Of a stretch of DNA of 64,000 nucleotides, positions 1 through 13,888 are shown piece after piece (position 1 is the first letter of the stretch; every line of letters starts with the position of its first letter). The position numbers were made by a program, and so were the translations under genes. The DNA comes from Camelus ferus (taxonomy: Eukaryota). The notes beneath the pieces are model-generated. The model did no database searches. It was not told the DNA's origin and was given only the letters and a program-made list of their open reading frames with translations. The stretch covers positions 59,212,001-59,276,000 of the forward strand of contig NC_045707.1 of NCBI RefSeq assembly GCF_009834535.1, in the 5' to 3' direction.

Positions 1-947
1 GATGGTAGAGTGTAGAGGAAAGTCTAGTGATGGGCATTGAAAAGAGTTAAACATACCAAAAAATATACAGAAATAATTTGAAGTGTGGCAACTGTGTTTG
101 TGAAATATTAGGCATGTACAGTTTTTATTTAAAGTGATTTTTGACATTTTTAAAAGATGAGCATATCACCTAAAACCAGACAGAGGTTGATGTAGAAAAC
201 AACAAAGGCTTTGAGTTCCTTATAGTCCAAAGCACGAAAGGCTCTTCATTGCACGTGGAAAATACAACAGACAGACAGGTAGACAGACAGATGAAAGAAA
301 GAAAGAACAAATTATTCTTAAAATTTGGATCAGAAATAAGATACTAATTTCAAAATATGTATTTTATAGTCTTGAAATATTAAAAAGGAGTCTTCATAAA
401 ACAAAAATATATAAGAGGAAGCAAAAATAAATGAAAGGAAGCATCAAAATGTAAAATACAGGAAGGGAAAAATTAAAAATAATAATAACTATAACATGAG
501 AGTAGTTTACTATGCGCCCTGCCTTCTGTGTGTGGGGCTTATCTCCTTCAATCTTTAAAATTGCCACACGGAATATATCCTACTGTTATTTTCTTCATTA
601 CAGACGGATAATTAAAGTTTGAGAAAATGATGTAACGTACCCAACACACGCTTACTTTTTCTTCTTTGACCACTGTCTCTCTTGACTTTCCTCCTAAATT
701 GGCATCCAGGTAGATAAAGAGGTAAGTCAATCTAGAATTACAGTGCTAAGAACAGAGTTAAAGTACATGACAATTAAGGTGCATAGATTACAACCAGAGA
801 GGTGATTCTGACATTTTGTAGTCAAAGGTACAGTCTAGGAGTACAGATGTTACTAAAACACGTGGGTGGCTGAGATGGAAATAGAAATGGCAGTCTTTGG
901 GTAGAAGGAACTTGTTCTCAGAGATCTTAGAAGTGTCATCAAGATGC

Positions 948-1401
948 TCTGCCAGTTAGGTTGGGTCCAGGCTAAGCTGCTTTTACAGCAGATCCGAAAA
1001 TACACTCACTCAAATAAGCATACTGTGCCCTAAAGTTACAGGCAGGTATCGGTAGGAGCTTAGTTCCACAAAGTAATCCAGAAATTCAAGTTCTATTTTG
1101 TTCTTCTGTCATCCCCTAGGGTGTCTTCCTTTTCTAAATAGTCCAAGCTCTCTTTCCATCGGGTTCATGAACCAGTTTGCAGGAAGCAAAGAAGAAGCTT
1201 AAGGCAAGCAGCTGATCTGTACGTAGCACAGCTGTTATAATCATAGCCCACTGCCCAGATACAAGGAAGGCTTAGACACATAGCTTCTGGCTGGCTGGCT
1301 GTGTTATAGTAAATCTAATGAGGTTCTTTATTAAAAAGAAGAATTAAAGACTGTATATTGGGAGTGTGCCTAACTGGGAGATAATCAGCAGTCTCAGATA
1401 C
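948..1401 (-). mobile_element. Ancient MaLR LTR (MLT1K-like), solo
   Basis: Starts 'tgccagttaggttgggtcc..', contains 'gatacaaggaaggcttagacacatagcttctggctggctggctgtg' and 'ggttctttattaaaaagaagaa..tatattggg..cagcagtctcagataca', collinear with the reverse strand of the MLT1K consensus as recalled. Confidence 0.6.
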
Positions 1402-3529
1402 AAAGTCGAAATACAGGAGAGAAAAAAGGACTATGAAACAGCTGTTGAAATCAGTGCAGAAAGAATTAAAACCTTCTCTGGGAGGTAGGTAGGTGACCAC
1501 CATAGCAAAGAAAGTGCTATGAGTGTATGAATTCTGTTAAAGAAAAGATCCTAGGTTCTCCTTTGAGAATATTTAACCCTTTTACTGATATTGTGAGGTT
1601 TAGTGACCTTGAGAAGAAAGAAATTCAAGACAGACAGGATCTGTGGAGAGTAATGACACTTACTTACACACTCATGGAAGAACGTGGACCCCAAGTTTTT
1701 AAAGGAAGGAGGTACACAGAGGGAATTCGGAGTAAACAGGAATAACTAAGGACAAAGGGATGCCAGTGCTGGAGATAAGAATTAGGGGAAAATGAGAAGG
1801 AAAACATGTTTACTTGTAGCACTCATGTTAATATCCAGGATAGGAGAAACAGGGAGGAATCGTGGTATATTAACAAAAAGGTAACCAAAAGAATATTCTC
1901 TCTCTTATATATGGTTTCTTACTTTTCTTTTTATCTTCACTGCAACAGTTCTTTGCAAAATATATTATTGTAAGCAAACATAACTCTTCCAGAATCTGAA
2001 TATAAATTATAAATAAATATATCCGAATCATGAGATATAAAAATAACAAACTGGGCAAAATTTTAAGTATGGGATGAATGTGCTTAATCTAGACTCTTGG
2101 CATAAAAAAATGTACCTTAGAAACTGTCAACTCCCAATTGCTATCTCACTTTGATGGTCACATCACACCTCCTATGTTGGGGGACCGGTGTGGAGGCCAG
2201 TATGACAGCTGGTGTACATACGCTGACTGCTTGTCCAAGTAATTTAACTTGCCCTAGTCATTTCATGGCTTCTGGTGTTGGATTTCACCCTCTTGGTAAC
2301 GGTGATGACTGAAGGATTTGAAGCAGAAGGTAACATCACTGGGTTTGCATTTGAAGAGTTTACTTCCTAGTGATGGCAGAGTGCAAAACTGATGGGAATC
2401 GAATCAAACTATAAAACAGGGATGACACTTCAGAAATTAGCAGTGTCAAGCCAGATGAAAGAAGATACAAAAGCAATTACTCTGTGGGCTGGTAAAACAT
2501 CATTATGAACATTATAAATATAAGCTATAAATGTACAGAAATACAACTTAAGTAAACAACAGACAGTAAAGCACATACTTTGCTTTGTAATGGGTTTGGA
2601 AGAAGCCAGAATCATTAAATATTATGCCCAATGCCACTAAAATATTTTCTAGGTGGTAATATTTTTTAACAAGTTTCCAGATTGTTTTGAAATGTCTGCA
2701 AGGTTGGTTAACTTTTACTACAACACGGAGGAAGCATGACCACAGTAACACACTCAGGAGCATGTATTAGTCTAATTTTTGTTGGAAGAGCTGCCAGTGC
2801 TATGCTTTTAGAAATGTAGTCCTTTGCTATCTCCCATCAAATTTTGCCTCAGAACCCTTGAAAAGTCTTATTTCTGCTATTCAGTGACCTCTTCGGCTAT
2901 ACACTAATAGATTTCCAACCCACTGAGAAGCAAACCCTCATAGACACTTTTCAAACTTTCAAAGCTATGATTAAATATGCCTTTACATCAAAAATCAATC
3001 TTCTTTAAGGCATGCAAGGGATTTGCTCTGCAGAGCTCAGACTAACGCATTAGACAGGCTCACCAAGACCTTTCAAATATCTACCTTTTCCCCTTGTAGG
3101 TGTTCTAAGGCTGTTCATAAAGCCAGATTTTCACAGGCCCCCAAGTCTCAATTAATATCACATTGGCTTAATCACATGCTCTCATTTATTACAGGATATT
3201 CTTGAATTATGCAAAAATTAAATGCTGGAAATGTCACAATCAGCAATTAGCAGATGTGCCTTTTTGATACTTCGGTTGGTTACCTAAACATACCTAGTCC
3301 TAACTGTTTACAAACTTCCAAGTTACATGGAGATTATCTTCAAGCAGTTGCACCATTTCCATAAAGTAAATAATACAGTGCTCTCTAAAGTTGTCAAAAC
3401 AATAAAACAAAATATCAGAGGTGAACTTAGCTAGTATTTATTGAATTTTTAATATATAAGATATATAGATAACTGATTTTATTTAGTTTTTTTTTTTTTA
3501 TAATTTTAATGGTTTCCTGTACTTGTTAA

Positions 3530-3655
3530 CCTTGTATCTCGTAAGAGATACGTAAGCTCCCTGGGGACAGGGATCCCGTCTTATATTCTCCTTAATTTCC
3601 CCACTACATTTAGCACAGTACTAGATGTTAGTAGGTAATTCTCAACAAATACTAA
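3530..3655 (+). mobile_element. LINE-2 3' end fragment
   Basis: 'gtaagctccctggggacagggatcccgtc..tttagcacagtactagatgttagtagg..ctcaacaaatact' resembles the L2 3' terminus. Confidence 0.65.
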
Positions 3656-4399
3656 CAATGAGCCTTTAATACTAGAACAAGTCTAGTTACAATTTACTTT
3701 CACTTTGTGAGTGCAAATAACAGCCCCATTTAGTTCAATAAACAGAACAGCAGACTGAGATTAACAGGTTCTGTTGTCATTGATCTGACATTATTAAGCC
3801 ATTCACAGATTTCTGTTATAGCTGAAGCGCAATATTGAAGCAGTCAATAAAACCTTATCACCAAGTGTCCCAAATGTCAGACTAACCTCTTACAGGGCTT
3901 GTGATGTCATTGTCTATGATATTTGCTTCAGTTGTACCATTTTTTACAATGAAGCAGTACTTTCATTTGTATCACTTCTCTTTCGTTAAATATCAAGTCT
4001 CCATGTGGTTTCCCACGTCTTCACATTGTTCCGATGTTTAATTACTTTGTTAATTTGCCAGCAAGTCACAAAGTGGACTTGAATTCAAGACGTCTACACA
4101 TGATCACAGATCACTTGGCAGAGGCTAGGACAACACACACCAAAGGAAGATTCTGATCATTTATCAGCTTGCAAGGAGTAGGTCCTGAAAACTCAAATAA
4201 GATATTCAACAGAAACACAGAGTGAAAATCCAGAACAAAGTTATAGTGATCACATTTCCAGCAGATTGTTCCAGAGTAATTAAAACTCAACCCAAACCAA
4301 ACACAACACCTTTATCTCAAAACTGCTAAATTCCTCAGACTGGGGAACTCACTATGTATCTGGTCGTCTATGGCACCAACATGATTTCTTTTGCATTCT

Positions 4400-4960
4400 C
4401 ACAGTCTACATTATTCAACAAGAACTATGGATTCTGTCTTCTTGATATCTTTCAAATATCTCTACTTCTCTCTACCCCCAGGGCCACAACAATATGTTGT
4501 AACTACCATCATCTTCTCCTAGTCTGCCCCAAATCCTCTTGACTCATTTCCCTGCCTCTAGGCTTGCAATAGAATTCCATTCACCGCATTGCCCCCACAT
4601 TAACTTTCCAAACTATAATTTCAAGTTCCTTTTGGGTTAAATATTCCCCCAGATTCTACATAGCCTCCAAGATAAAAATCCTAATTTCCTAGAAAGATAT
4701 TCACACCCGTTTACAATCTAGCTTATGATCCTTCCCAATCTCATCTCTGACCCCTGCCTCATTTACATTGTCTGTTCCAGTGATCTTCCACTTTGAGTGC
4801 TTGTGTATTGGGCCATGTTATTGCACTTGGCTGCCCTGACCATACTCCCATCTGCTCTCCTTTACCTAGATAACATCTATCTAAAAAAATTCCTTTTCAG
4901 TTTTTATGTTTCCCCTCCTCCAGGCTTCATGCCGTCTAAAGAACCCTTCATTGCTATACC
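4400..4960 (+). mobile_element. LINE-2 fragment
   Basis: Pyrimidine-rich L2-type text: 'ctacttctctctacccccagggccac..ccatcatcttctcctag..tcatttccctgcctctaggc'. Confidence 0.6.
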
Positions 4961-5256
4961 TTCTACTCCCCTGGCTAAAATAAAGTATGGAAGCCTAAGT
5001 TCCAAAGAAGACTGAGGGTTTTTTGGGTTTGTTTTTGTTCGGTTTGTTTTGTTTTTCAATGACAAACAAAATAGACAATGAAATTTTTTAGGATCAAGAA
5101 CAAAAATTGAAGTTCTGCTCCTTGGAAGTGTTAAGGGGAAAAAACTGTGAAACAGAGATAGGTGTCAATGTCATATATTAGCTGGCACGTCAATTAAGCA
5201 TAATAATTTTCAAACTAGAAACAGTGGACTAAGACATAATCAAAAGTCAAAACAGA

Positions 5257-5770
5257 TGTATTAGTTTCCTATTGCTGCAGTAACAAATGACTGCAAACTT
5301 AGCAGCTTAAAGCAATACAAATTAATTATCTTACAGTTCTGGAAGTCAGAAGTCCAAAAAGGCTCTCATTGGGCTAAGTTAAGGTGTCATCAGGGCAGTG
5401 TTCCTTTCTGGAGGCTCTAGGAAAGATCTATTTTCTCACCTTTTCCACTTTCTTGAGGCTGCCTGCTTTCCTTGGCTCATGTCCTCCTCCCATCTTCAAA
5501 GCCAGTAATGGCCAGTCAAGCTGTGCTTACATAGAATCACTCTGACATTGACTCTTCTCTCTCCCTCTTCCACATCTAAAAGACTCTTGTAATTACACCG
5601 GGTCCATTGAACGATAAAAGATAATCTCCCAATTTTAAGGTCAGTTGATTAGCAACCATGATCCTATGATTTTAATTTCCCTTTGTCCTGTAATCTAAAT
5701 TATTCATAGGTTCCTGGAATTAGGACTTAGACACCTGGGGGGAGAGGGGTGGAGCTTATTCTAACTATCA
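5257..5770 (-). mobile_element. MaLR solo LTR (MLT1D-like)
   Basis: Begins 'tgtattagtttcctattgctgcagtaacaaatgactgcaaacttagcagcttaaagcaatacaaattaattatcttacagttctggaagtcagaagtcc'; about 510 bp; ends 'cttattctaactatca'. Confidence 0.85.
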
Positions 5771-5989
5771 GGAGAGGTAATATCATAAAAGTATGCATCT
5801 TTTTTCATCTTTTTTCAAAGGAATCCAGGTTTGTATATTAATTTATGATTAATTTTGGAGATTCTATAACCAGAAACACCTGGCCCCCCCACTTACTTGG
5901 AAAATTATCAAAACTCGAACTATGAGAGTTCCCTACCTACTCTTTGTCAGGTAGTATTGTTGGAATACACATGTATTTAAAACACATAG

Positions 5990-6140
5990 CCTCTTCTCAC
6001 AATCACTATATTGTAAAATGGAATAATACTGGAGTTATTTTGAGAATTAAATGACTCAAAATATATAAAGTGTAAAATACATACAACAGTCAAATTTCAC
6101 TATACATTGGAAGAGCTCAATATGTGATGAGTATTTTATG
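5990..6140 (+). mobile_element. MIR SINE fragment
   Basis: MIR core 'gtaaaatggaataatac..tgagaattaaatga' followed by 'aagagctcaatatgtgatgagtatt'. Confidence 0.55.
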
Positions 6141-7708
6141 TCTCTGTGAATGGTAGTGGCTGTTATTATCATGAAGCTGGAATAAAAGCTGTTCCATTTA
6201 AACCTACCAAGAGCTTGAGTTAGACGCCTTGGGAAGATACTAGAAATATTTTTAAGCAAAGACGTACTCTTGCCCAGTAAAACATCTAGGTAGGTGCTTT
6301 CAGAACTATGAAAGCCAAGGCCTTCTGGATGTGATCTAGAAGGACAGTACAGTGCTCTGCATAATGAAGAAACACCCCTGAGGGTTTCCTCCAGGCAACT
6401 GGAACAGGAGATGGATAAGTCAGACTGGAGGCCCAGCATCATGACAAAGAGCAGAGGCCAGATAAGAATTTGGGTCAAAGACACATTTTTCAACTCAGAA
6501 AAAGCTCGAGAACTTTTAAGAACCCTAATTAGAACAACAATTATAAGTTGTTCTTTGTTAAGTAATGTGCAAATAAAGCCCCTAATTCCTCCCAAAATTT
6601 TAATAGAAGGTGGTTCCCATCAGCAGTCTTGCTTTAGTGGTGCCAATGATGCAAAAGGGGCCAGTGTTCAGCTCAGAGCAAAGCAGCCTGAGCCTGCAGT
6701 GTGCACGGTCAGACCAGCCAACCAGGCAAGCAAGGGCCATACGGGGAATGACTCATCAGGGACATAAGACAATTCTCTTTCTTTCCACATATGCTAGAGG
6801 AAGGAGAACTGAATCTCCTTTTTGAGGAGAGGGAAAGCAGAGGGAGTTGTTCATTTCTGATCTCACATATTTTCTGTTACAGAGATTAGAGACACCCAGA
6901 TATCAGGTATTATTTTTGTGACTTATTCACATGATGATGATTATGATGGTGGTTTTGTCATCATTATTACTTCCAGATGATCTACATTATTTGGGCAGCA
7001 ACAAATATTGGAAAATTATTTTCAGAAGCACCATATGGAATATTTAAGAAATCTTGGAGCAGAAAAGAAGTACAAGAAGAATGAAAGTGTCATATCATAG
7101 TTTTCTAAAAAGGAAATGTGTTATTTTCTAATATATAAAGACAGGTCAACAATGCAAATTTTCACAAAAATCTAAAATGTATTACTTAAATGATGACTTT
7201 TACTTTGAGTGTATTTACTCTACAAGAGATGTCATGTGAATTTTTTTTTTCTAGTTTGAAAAGACTTCTAAGCTTTCCAAGGCAACTAAGAAGTTTTGTG
7301 AAAAGACAATTTGTGCCACAAAGATGTAGTAGAAACAGTTTCTTCAAAAGCATAAAATTTTTCCAAATAATAATGTTATCTTTTGGGATGTTACTTTAAC
7401 CTCTTCAGGTTACTCAGTTACAAACAGCAATATAACACATTCTCTAGAAATCTGGAAGATTTAACATACTCCCTAAAATTGTCTAATGTAAACAAGATGT
7501 AGTAGTTCCCCGTCTGCTTGAATACATCTTATTTCCTATGGTAAAAATGTTCTAGCCTCTTTAAGTTCTATTTCTACTATAAATGTAAGACACAACTGGT
7601 AATTTTAAAAATCATATTACACAACTGCCAAGTATTTAAGAAAGGAGTAAACACATTTCTAATTAAACCAAAACTAATGATTTTTTGAAAGGAATGCGTA
7701 TAAATTTA

Positions 7709-8130
7709 TGTTCAGCAGAGACTCGTAGAGAGCCCCAATCATTCCTGCCTCCTGGTACACGTGATCCTTGAGCAGTGCCTCCCCTTGAATGCGATGGGAA
7801 TGCCCAACAGAATGCAGCAAAAGTGATGGGATATCACTTCTATGATTCTATTACACAAGGCTGTGACATCTGTTCTGCTAAGAGTCTCCCTTTCTAATTT
7901 TGATGAAACAAGTGGCCACGTTGTGGGAAACCTACATGGCAAGGCACCGAGGGTGGCCTCTGACTGACAGCCAGCAAAAACTCGAAGCCCTTAGTCTAAC
8001 AACCCACAGAAAGTGGATGCTGCCAGTAACTACCTGAGTTTGAAGCAGATTCATGCCAACTCAAGCTTTTAGGTGAGAGCCCTGCAAGACACCTGGATTG
8101 CAGCCTTGTAGAGGACCAAGCTATCCATGT
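7709..8130 (+). mobile_element. MaLR LTR (MLT1E/F-like), 5' part; 3' end resumes at 13826-13888
   Basis: 'ccccaatcattcctgcctcctggtac..cagaatgcagcaaaagtgatgggatatcacttctatgatt..gacacctggattgcagccttgtagaggaccaagcta'. Confidence 0.8.
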
Positions 8131-11100
8131 TTTACTTTGAGATGACTGTGGATTCCTTTATAGCTGTATAAAATAATACTGAGAGATACTCTGTACCCTT
8201 TGTCTACTTTGCCCTAATGGAAACATTTCTGCAAAAGCTACAGTATAGTATCTCAGCCAGAACACTAACATTGACAATGCTAAGGTACAAAAAATTTCCA
8301 TCACCATAGAATCCTCTTATTGCCCTGTTGTAGCCACAGTCACTTCTCTGCCATCTTCAACCCCTACTTAACCCTTGGCAACCACTAGTGTCTTCTACAA
8401 TTTTGTCATTCACCAAATGTTATATAAATGTAAATTTTTGGATTGCATTCTTTCACTCAGCATAAGTCATTGGGGATTCACCTAGATTGTCTCATGTCAT
8501 GATTTTATGGTATTCATTTTTATGAAATCGTAATTTGTTTAACCATTCTTCCTTAAAGGATCTCTGGACTGTTTCCAGTTGTGGGCTATTAACATTCAGT
8601 ACAGCCTTTGGTGGACATAAGTTTTTGTTTCTTGGGGACAGATGCCCAGAAGTCAGGTTGCATGTTTAGTGTGAGTTTTTTTGTTTGTTTTAATAAACTG
8701 CCAAATTATTTCCCAGAGTGGCTGTACCATTTTACATTCCCACCAGCAACATATATGTAATCCGGTTTTTCTGCACCCCTACCAGGGTTTAGCATGGTCA
8801 GCTTTTATTTAGAAAGTCTGGCTGGTGTACAAAGACATTTCTTTTTGGTTTTATTTCCCTAACGTCTAACAGGGTTGAACATTCTGTCATGTGCTTTCTT
8901 GTCATCTGTATATCCACTTCAATGAAATGTCTCTTCATTTCCCTTTTGCAATTGCCCATTGTCAATTTCCTATGGATTGTTTGTTCACTTGTTTGAATAT
9001 TGTTTTCTCATATATTCCAGATGCTAGTCCTTTGTCAGATACAAGGTTTCCTAATATTTTCTCCCAGTCTGCAGCTTGGATTTTCATCCTCTTAACAGAT
9101 TTTGACCCAGAACAACATTTTTCAATTTTGATGAAGTCCAAACTATCTTCATTTTATAAATTATGCTTTTGGTACCAAGTCTAAAAACAATCCGCCTAAC
9201 CCAATATCCTGAAGATTTCCTCCTATTTTTTTTTTCTCAAAGTGCTGTAGTTTTATGTTTATTACATTCAAGCCCTTGATCCATTGTAAGTTTATCTTAC
9301 ATATGGTGTGAGACTTAGGTCAAATTTCATTTCTTTTAAGGCTTTTTTTTTTTAAACAGTTGAAAGTTCACAGCAAAACTGAAGGGAAGGTAAAGATTCC
9401 CCATACACTCCCTGGCCCTGCACACGCATAGCCTCCACCACTGTCAACATCCTCCACCAGCTGCTATAACTGCTGACCCTACAATAACACATCAATATCA
9501 CTCAAACTTCACAGTTTACATTACTGTTCACTCTTGATATTCATTCTACATGGGTTTGGACAAATATCTAATGACATGCATCAGTTATTATGGGATCATT
9601 CAGAATATTTTCACTGCCCTATAAGTCCCTAGTGCCCCACTTATTAACCTTCCCCCTCACAACCCTTGACAATCACTGATCCTTTTTACTATCATCACAG
9701 TTTTCCAGAATGTCATATAGTTGGAATCACATAGTATATAACCTTTCATACTGGCTTCTTTCACTTAGTAATATGCACTTAAGGTTCCTCCATGTCTTCT
9801 CATGGCTAGATAGCTCTTTTTTAGTGCTGAGTAATATTCCATTGTCTGATGTACCACAATTTATTTATCCATTCACCTTCTGAAAGACATCTTGATTGCT
9901 TTCCAGTTTTGGCAATTATAAATAAAGCTGCCATAAACACCTATATGAAAATTTTGGTGTGGACCTAAGTTTTCAACTCCATTAGGTACATACCAGGGAG
10001 TACAATTGCTAATCATTTGGTAAGAGCATGTTTAGTTTTATAAGAAACTGCCAAATTGTCTTCCAAGGGGTCTGTCCCATTTTGCATTCCAACCAGCAGT
10101 GAGTGAGAGTTCATGCTTGCCAGCATTTGGTATTGTCAGCGTTCTGGATTTTGCATATTCTAATAGGTGTGTGTTAGTATCTCAATATTGTTTTAATTTG
10201 TATTTCCCTGATGACAAATGATGCTGGACATCTTTTTTATATGCTTATTTACAATCTATATATCTTCTTTGGTGAGCAGTCTATTAAAGTCTTTGGTTCA
10301 TTTTTTAATTGGGTTGTTTGTTTTCTTACTGTTGAGTTTTAAGAGTTATTTGCATAATTGGGTACAAGAGCTTTATCAGATGAGTATTTTGCAAATATTT
10401 GCTCTCATTTTATGGTTTGTCTTCTAATTCACTTGATCTTGACTTTAACACAGCAAAAGTTTTTAATGAAGCCTGGCTTATTAATTATTTTTTTTCATGG
10501 ATCACGGCCTTAGTGTTGTATCTAAAAAGTCATTACCATATCCAAGGCCATCTAGGTTTTCTTATATGTTATCTTCTAAGTAGCTTTAGAGTTTTGTGTT
10601 TGCCAAAGTTCATTTTTTGTCGACGGATATACAACTGCTTTAGCATCATACGTTGAAAAAGTTACCTTTCTTCCATTGAATTTTTTTGCAACTTTGTAAA
10701 AAAAATCAGTTGGGCTATTTGTGTCAGCCTATTTCTGGGTCTCTATTCTTTCCCACTGATATATATCTATCTATCAATACCACACAATCTTTTTTACTGT
10801 AGCATTCTATATGATAAATCTTAAAAAAATGATAGGCTGATTCCCTCTCCATTTATCTTCTACAAAATTATTTCACCTGTTTGAGTTTCTGTGCCTTTTA
10901 TATAAATTTCAGAATGCGTTGTTCATTTCTACAAAACATCTTGATAGCATTTTAGTAAGTATTGCACCTAATTCATGTATCAATTTGGACAGAATTAACA
11001 TCTTTACTATGCAAATCTTCCAATCCATGAAGATAATATGTTTCTCCATTTATTTCAATTCTTGGATTTAGATTCTATGATTTTATCAACATTGTACCAT

Positions 11101-12622
11101 TTTCATCATACAAGTCCTGTACCTGTCTTATTACATTTAAATCTGTCATTCTTTTTTAAGTAACTGCTAGATTAAGAAATAAAATTGATTTCTGCACATA
11201 TCTTATGATGTTGCTAAAATTGCTTTTGTTTAAGAATTCATGGAATTATCTGTGAAGACTATCATGTCATCTGTAACAAGGGACAGTTTTACTTCTTTTT
11301 TTTTCCAATCTGTATGCTTTTTATTCCATTTTCTTATTGCACTGGCTAAAATTTCTGGTACTGTGTTAAATAAGAGTTGTAAGAACAGAAATACTTGCTT
11401 TGTTCTTGAAATGAAGAAGTATTCAGTCTTTCTCTAAGCATAATTTCAGGTATAAGACTTGTGGATGTTCTTTATCAACTTGAGGAACTATCTCTTTATG
11501 AGTAGTTTTCTGAAAGATTTTATCATTAATGAGTACTGAATTTTGTCAAATTCTTTTTCTGAACTGAATTATAACATCATGAGGCTTTTCCCTTTGCCTG
11601 CTAATATGGTGGTTTATAATGATTTATTTTCAAATACTGAAATGGCCTTGCATCCTGGAATAAAACCTAGTTGGTCGTGATACTTAATTATTTATGACTA
11701 AATTCCACCTGCCATTATTTTCCTAAGGACGTACACGTCCTATTCAAGAGGGGAATCAGTCTGTAGGTTCCTTCTTTCGTACTATCTTTGTCTAGTTTTG
11801 ATACCACGGTAATACCAGCTCATAAAATAAACTGAGTGTGATTCTTCTTTTTCTATTTTTCAGAAGAGGCTACTTAGAATTGATATTGCTTCTTTTAAAG
11901 TTTGGTATGATTCTCCATCAGGGATTAGAAATTTTTTTTTTGAAAAAAATAAATTGTTATTTAATTTTCCTTAGTAGTTACAGGTCTCTTCTAGTGTATT
12001 TTATATGAAATGAGTTATGGTGGTTTGTGTTTTTTGAGGAATTTGTTGTCAAATTGGTATGTGGAACTTGCTCATATTATTTCCTCATCTTTTTAAGGTT
12101 TTCAGGACCTGTAGGGATACACTTTATTTCATTACTGATATCAGTAATGTGTGTCTTCTTTGGAGTTTTGGGGGTCAGTTTTACTAAAGAGCTAATGATT
12201 TTAGTGATCTTTCTAAAGAATCAGCTCTTTATGTCATTGATTTTTTTCTATTGTTTTCTGTTTTCAGTAAATTTTGTTGATTTTTGCTTTAATCTTTGTT
12301 TCCTTCCCTATGCTTACTTTTGGGTTTATTTTGATCTTCTTTTTCTAGGTTATTTTTGGGGGGAGGTTAGATTATAGATTTGAGACTTTCACTCTTTTCT
12401 AACATTTCATTCATTTAGTGCTACAAATTTCCCTCTCAGCACTGATTTAGCTGTATCTCTTAAATTTTAGTATGTGGTATTTTCATTACATTCAGTTCAA
12501 TGCATATTTTAACATTTCTCTTAAGATATTCTCATTTACAAATTATTTAGAAGTGCACTGTTTAGTTTTTCAGGTATTTGGAAATTTCCTATTTTTCTGT
12601 TATCAATTTCTAGTTTGATTCC
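8130..12622 (-). mobile_element. Ancient L1 (L1MC/L1MD-like), 3'UTR plus ORF2 remnant, interrupted at 9337-10603
   Basis: Reverse-strand L1M 3' end at 8130 ('tttgagatgactgtggattc..aataatactgagagatactctgtaccc') followed by T-rich antisense ORF2 text ('tcttccaatccatgaa', 'ccttgcatcctggaataaaacc'). Confidence 0.85.
9337..10603 (-). mobile_element. L1MC1/2-like 3' fragment nested in the older L1
   Basis: T-tail then 'aagttcacagcaaaactgaagggaagg..attccccatacactccctggccctgcacacgcatagcctcc'; degenerate TSD caaatttcatttcttt (9321) / caaagttcattttttg (10604). Confidence 0.85.
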
Positions 12623-12624
12623 AA

Positions 12625-13553
12625 ATTACATATCTCATAAGGATCTAGTATTCAAAACATATAAAGAACTCTTACAATTCAACAACAAAAAGGCAGACAA
12701 CCAAATTTAAAAATGGGCAAAGGATCTGGATAAACAGTTTTCCAAAGATATACAAATGGCCAAGAAAGCACAGGAAACAATGCTCAACCTTATTATCATC
12801 AGGGAAATACAAATCGAAACCACAATGAGATACCACCTCACACCCACTAGGACAGTAGCAGTACTAGTGCAGGTGATGATGTGGAGAACTAGAAATGTCG
12901 TATGTTGCTAGTAAGAATATAAAGTGGCACAGGTGATGTGGAATACATTTGGTAGTTCCTCAAAAAGTTAAACACAGAATTACCATATGACACAGCAATT
13001 CCACTCCAAGGTACATACCCAAAAGAACTGAAACCAGAATTGTGTTCAAACAAAACCTTGCACATGAATTTTCCCAGCAGCATTGTTCATATTAGTCAAA
13101 GGTAGAAACAAACTAAATGTTAATCAAGAAATGAATGGATAAACAAAATGTGACGTATCTATACAAGGGAATATATTTCAACCATTTTAAAAAAAAAGTG
13201 AAGTACTGATACATACCACACTATCAATGAACCTTGACAACACTATGCTAAGTGAAAGAAGCCAGTCACAGAAACCATACATTACAATATTTAATTTATA
13301 TGAAATATCCAGACTAGGCAAGTCTACAGAGAAAGAAAGTAAAACAGTGATTTCTTAGGGCTCAAGGGATAAGGAAGTAGAGGATCATAGCTGAATCATA
13401 CAGGGTTTCTCTTTGCAGCATTAAAAGTATTCTAAAATTACTGAGGTGATGGTTGCACATATCTGTTAGTATACTAAAAAGTACTGAATTACACATTTTA
13501 AATAGGTGAATTATATGGCAAGTGAACTATATCTCAACAAAGCTATTTTTAAA
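12625..13553 (+). mobile_element. L1MB-like 3' fragment (ORF2 end plus 3'UTR)
   Basis: 'atataaagaactcttacaattcaacaacaaaaagg..cacaatgagataccacctcacacccactagga..gtgaactatatctcaacaaagctatttt'. Confidence 0.85.
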
Positions 13554-13639
13554 AGTGAATATGATTTAATTATAAACTATCACATTAGGAAGTAAACAAT
13601 GACATCTTACAAAAAAAAAAAAAACAACACAGAAACAGA

Positions 13640-13820
13640 AGGAAACCCAAAGAACACACCACCATGTCATTCTTTAGGGCCTGAGTTCTCAAGCTTGTAT
13701 GTCTTCTCTCCACCTTTCAGTCTTATGTTTGCTTTATATATAAATGTCCAGGGATTTTACTTTTACTTAGCAGAAGAGATAGAAAAAAATACAGCTACTC
13801 CATCTTCCTGGAAGTGGAAT
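13640..13820 (-). mobile_element. Probable 5' end of the ancient L1M element
   Basis: Ends in 'tactccatcttcctggaagtggaa', the reverse complement of the 'ttccggttccaagatgg'-type start of old L1M 5'UTRs. Confidence 0.55.
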
Positions 13821-13825
13821 CCCCC

Positions 13826-13888
13826 AATGTGTGTTATTTTAAGCTGATAAGTTTGTAGTAAAATTATCATGCAACAATAAATAATACA
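13826..13888 (+). mobile_element. MLT1 LTR 3' end (continuation of 7709-8130)
   Basis: 'aatgtgtgttattttaagctgataagtttgtagtaaaattatcatgcaacaataaataataca' is a typical MLT1 terminus. Confidence 0.75.

Noticed and set aside
6056..6595. Longest ORF in the track (179 aa, minus strand)
   Set aside because: No recognisable domain, overlaps a MIR relic, and its composition looks like translated non-coding DNA
8891..12377. Hydrophobic Phe/Leu-rich ORFs resembling membrane proteins
   Set aside because: They are translations of T-rich antisense L1 sequence
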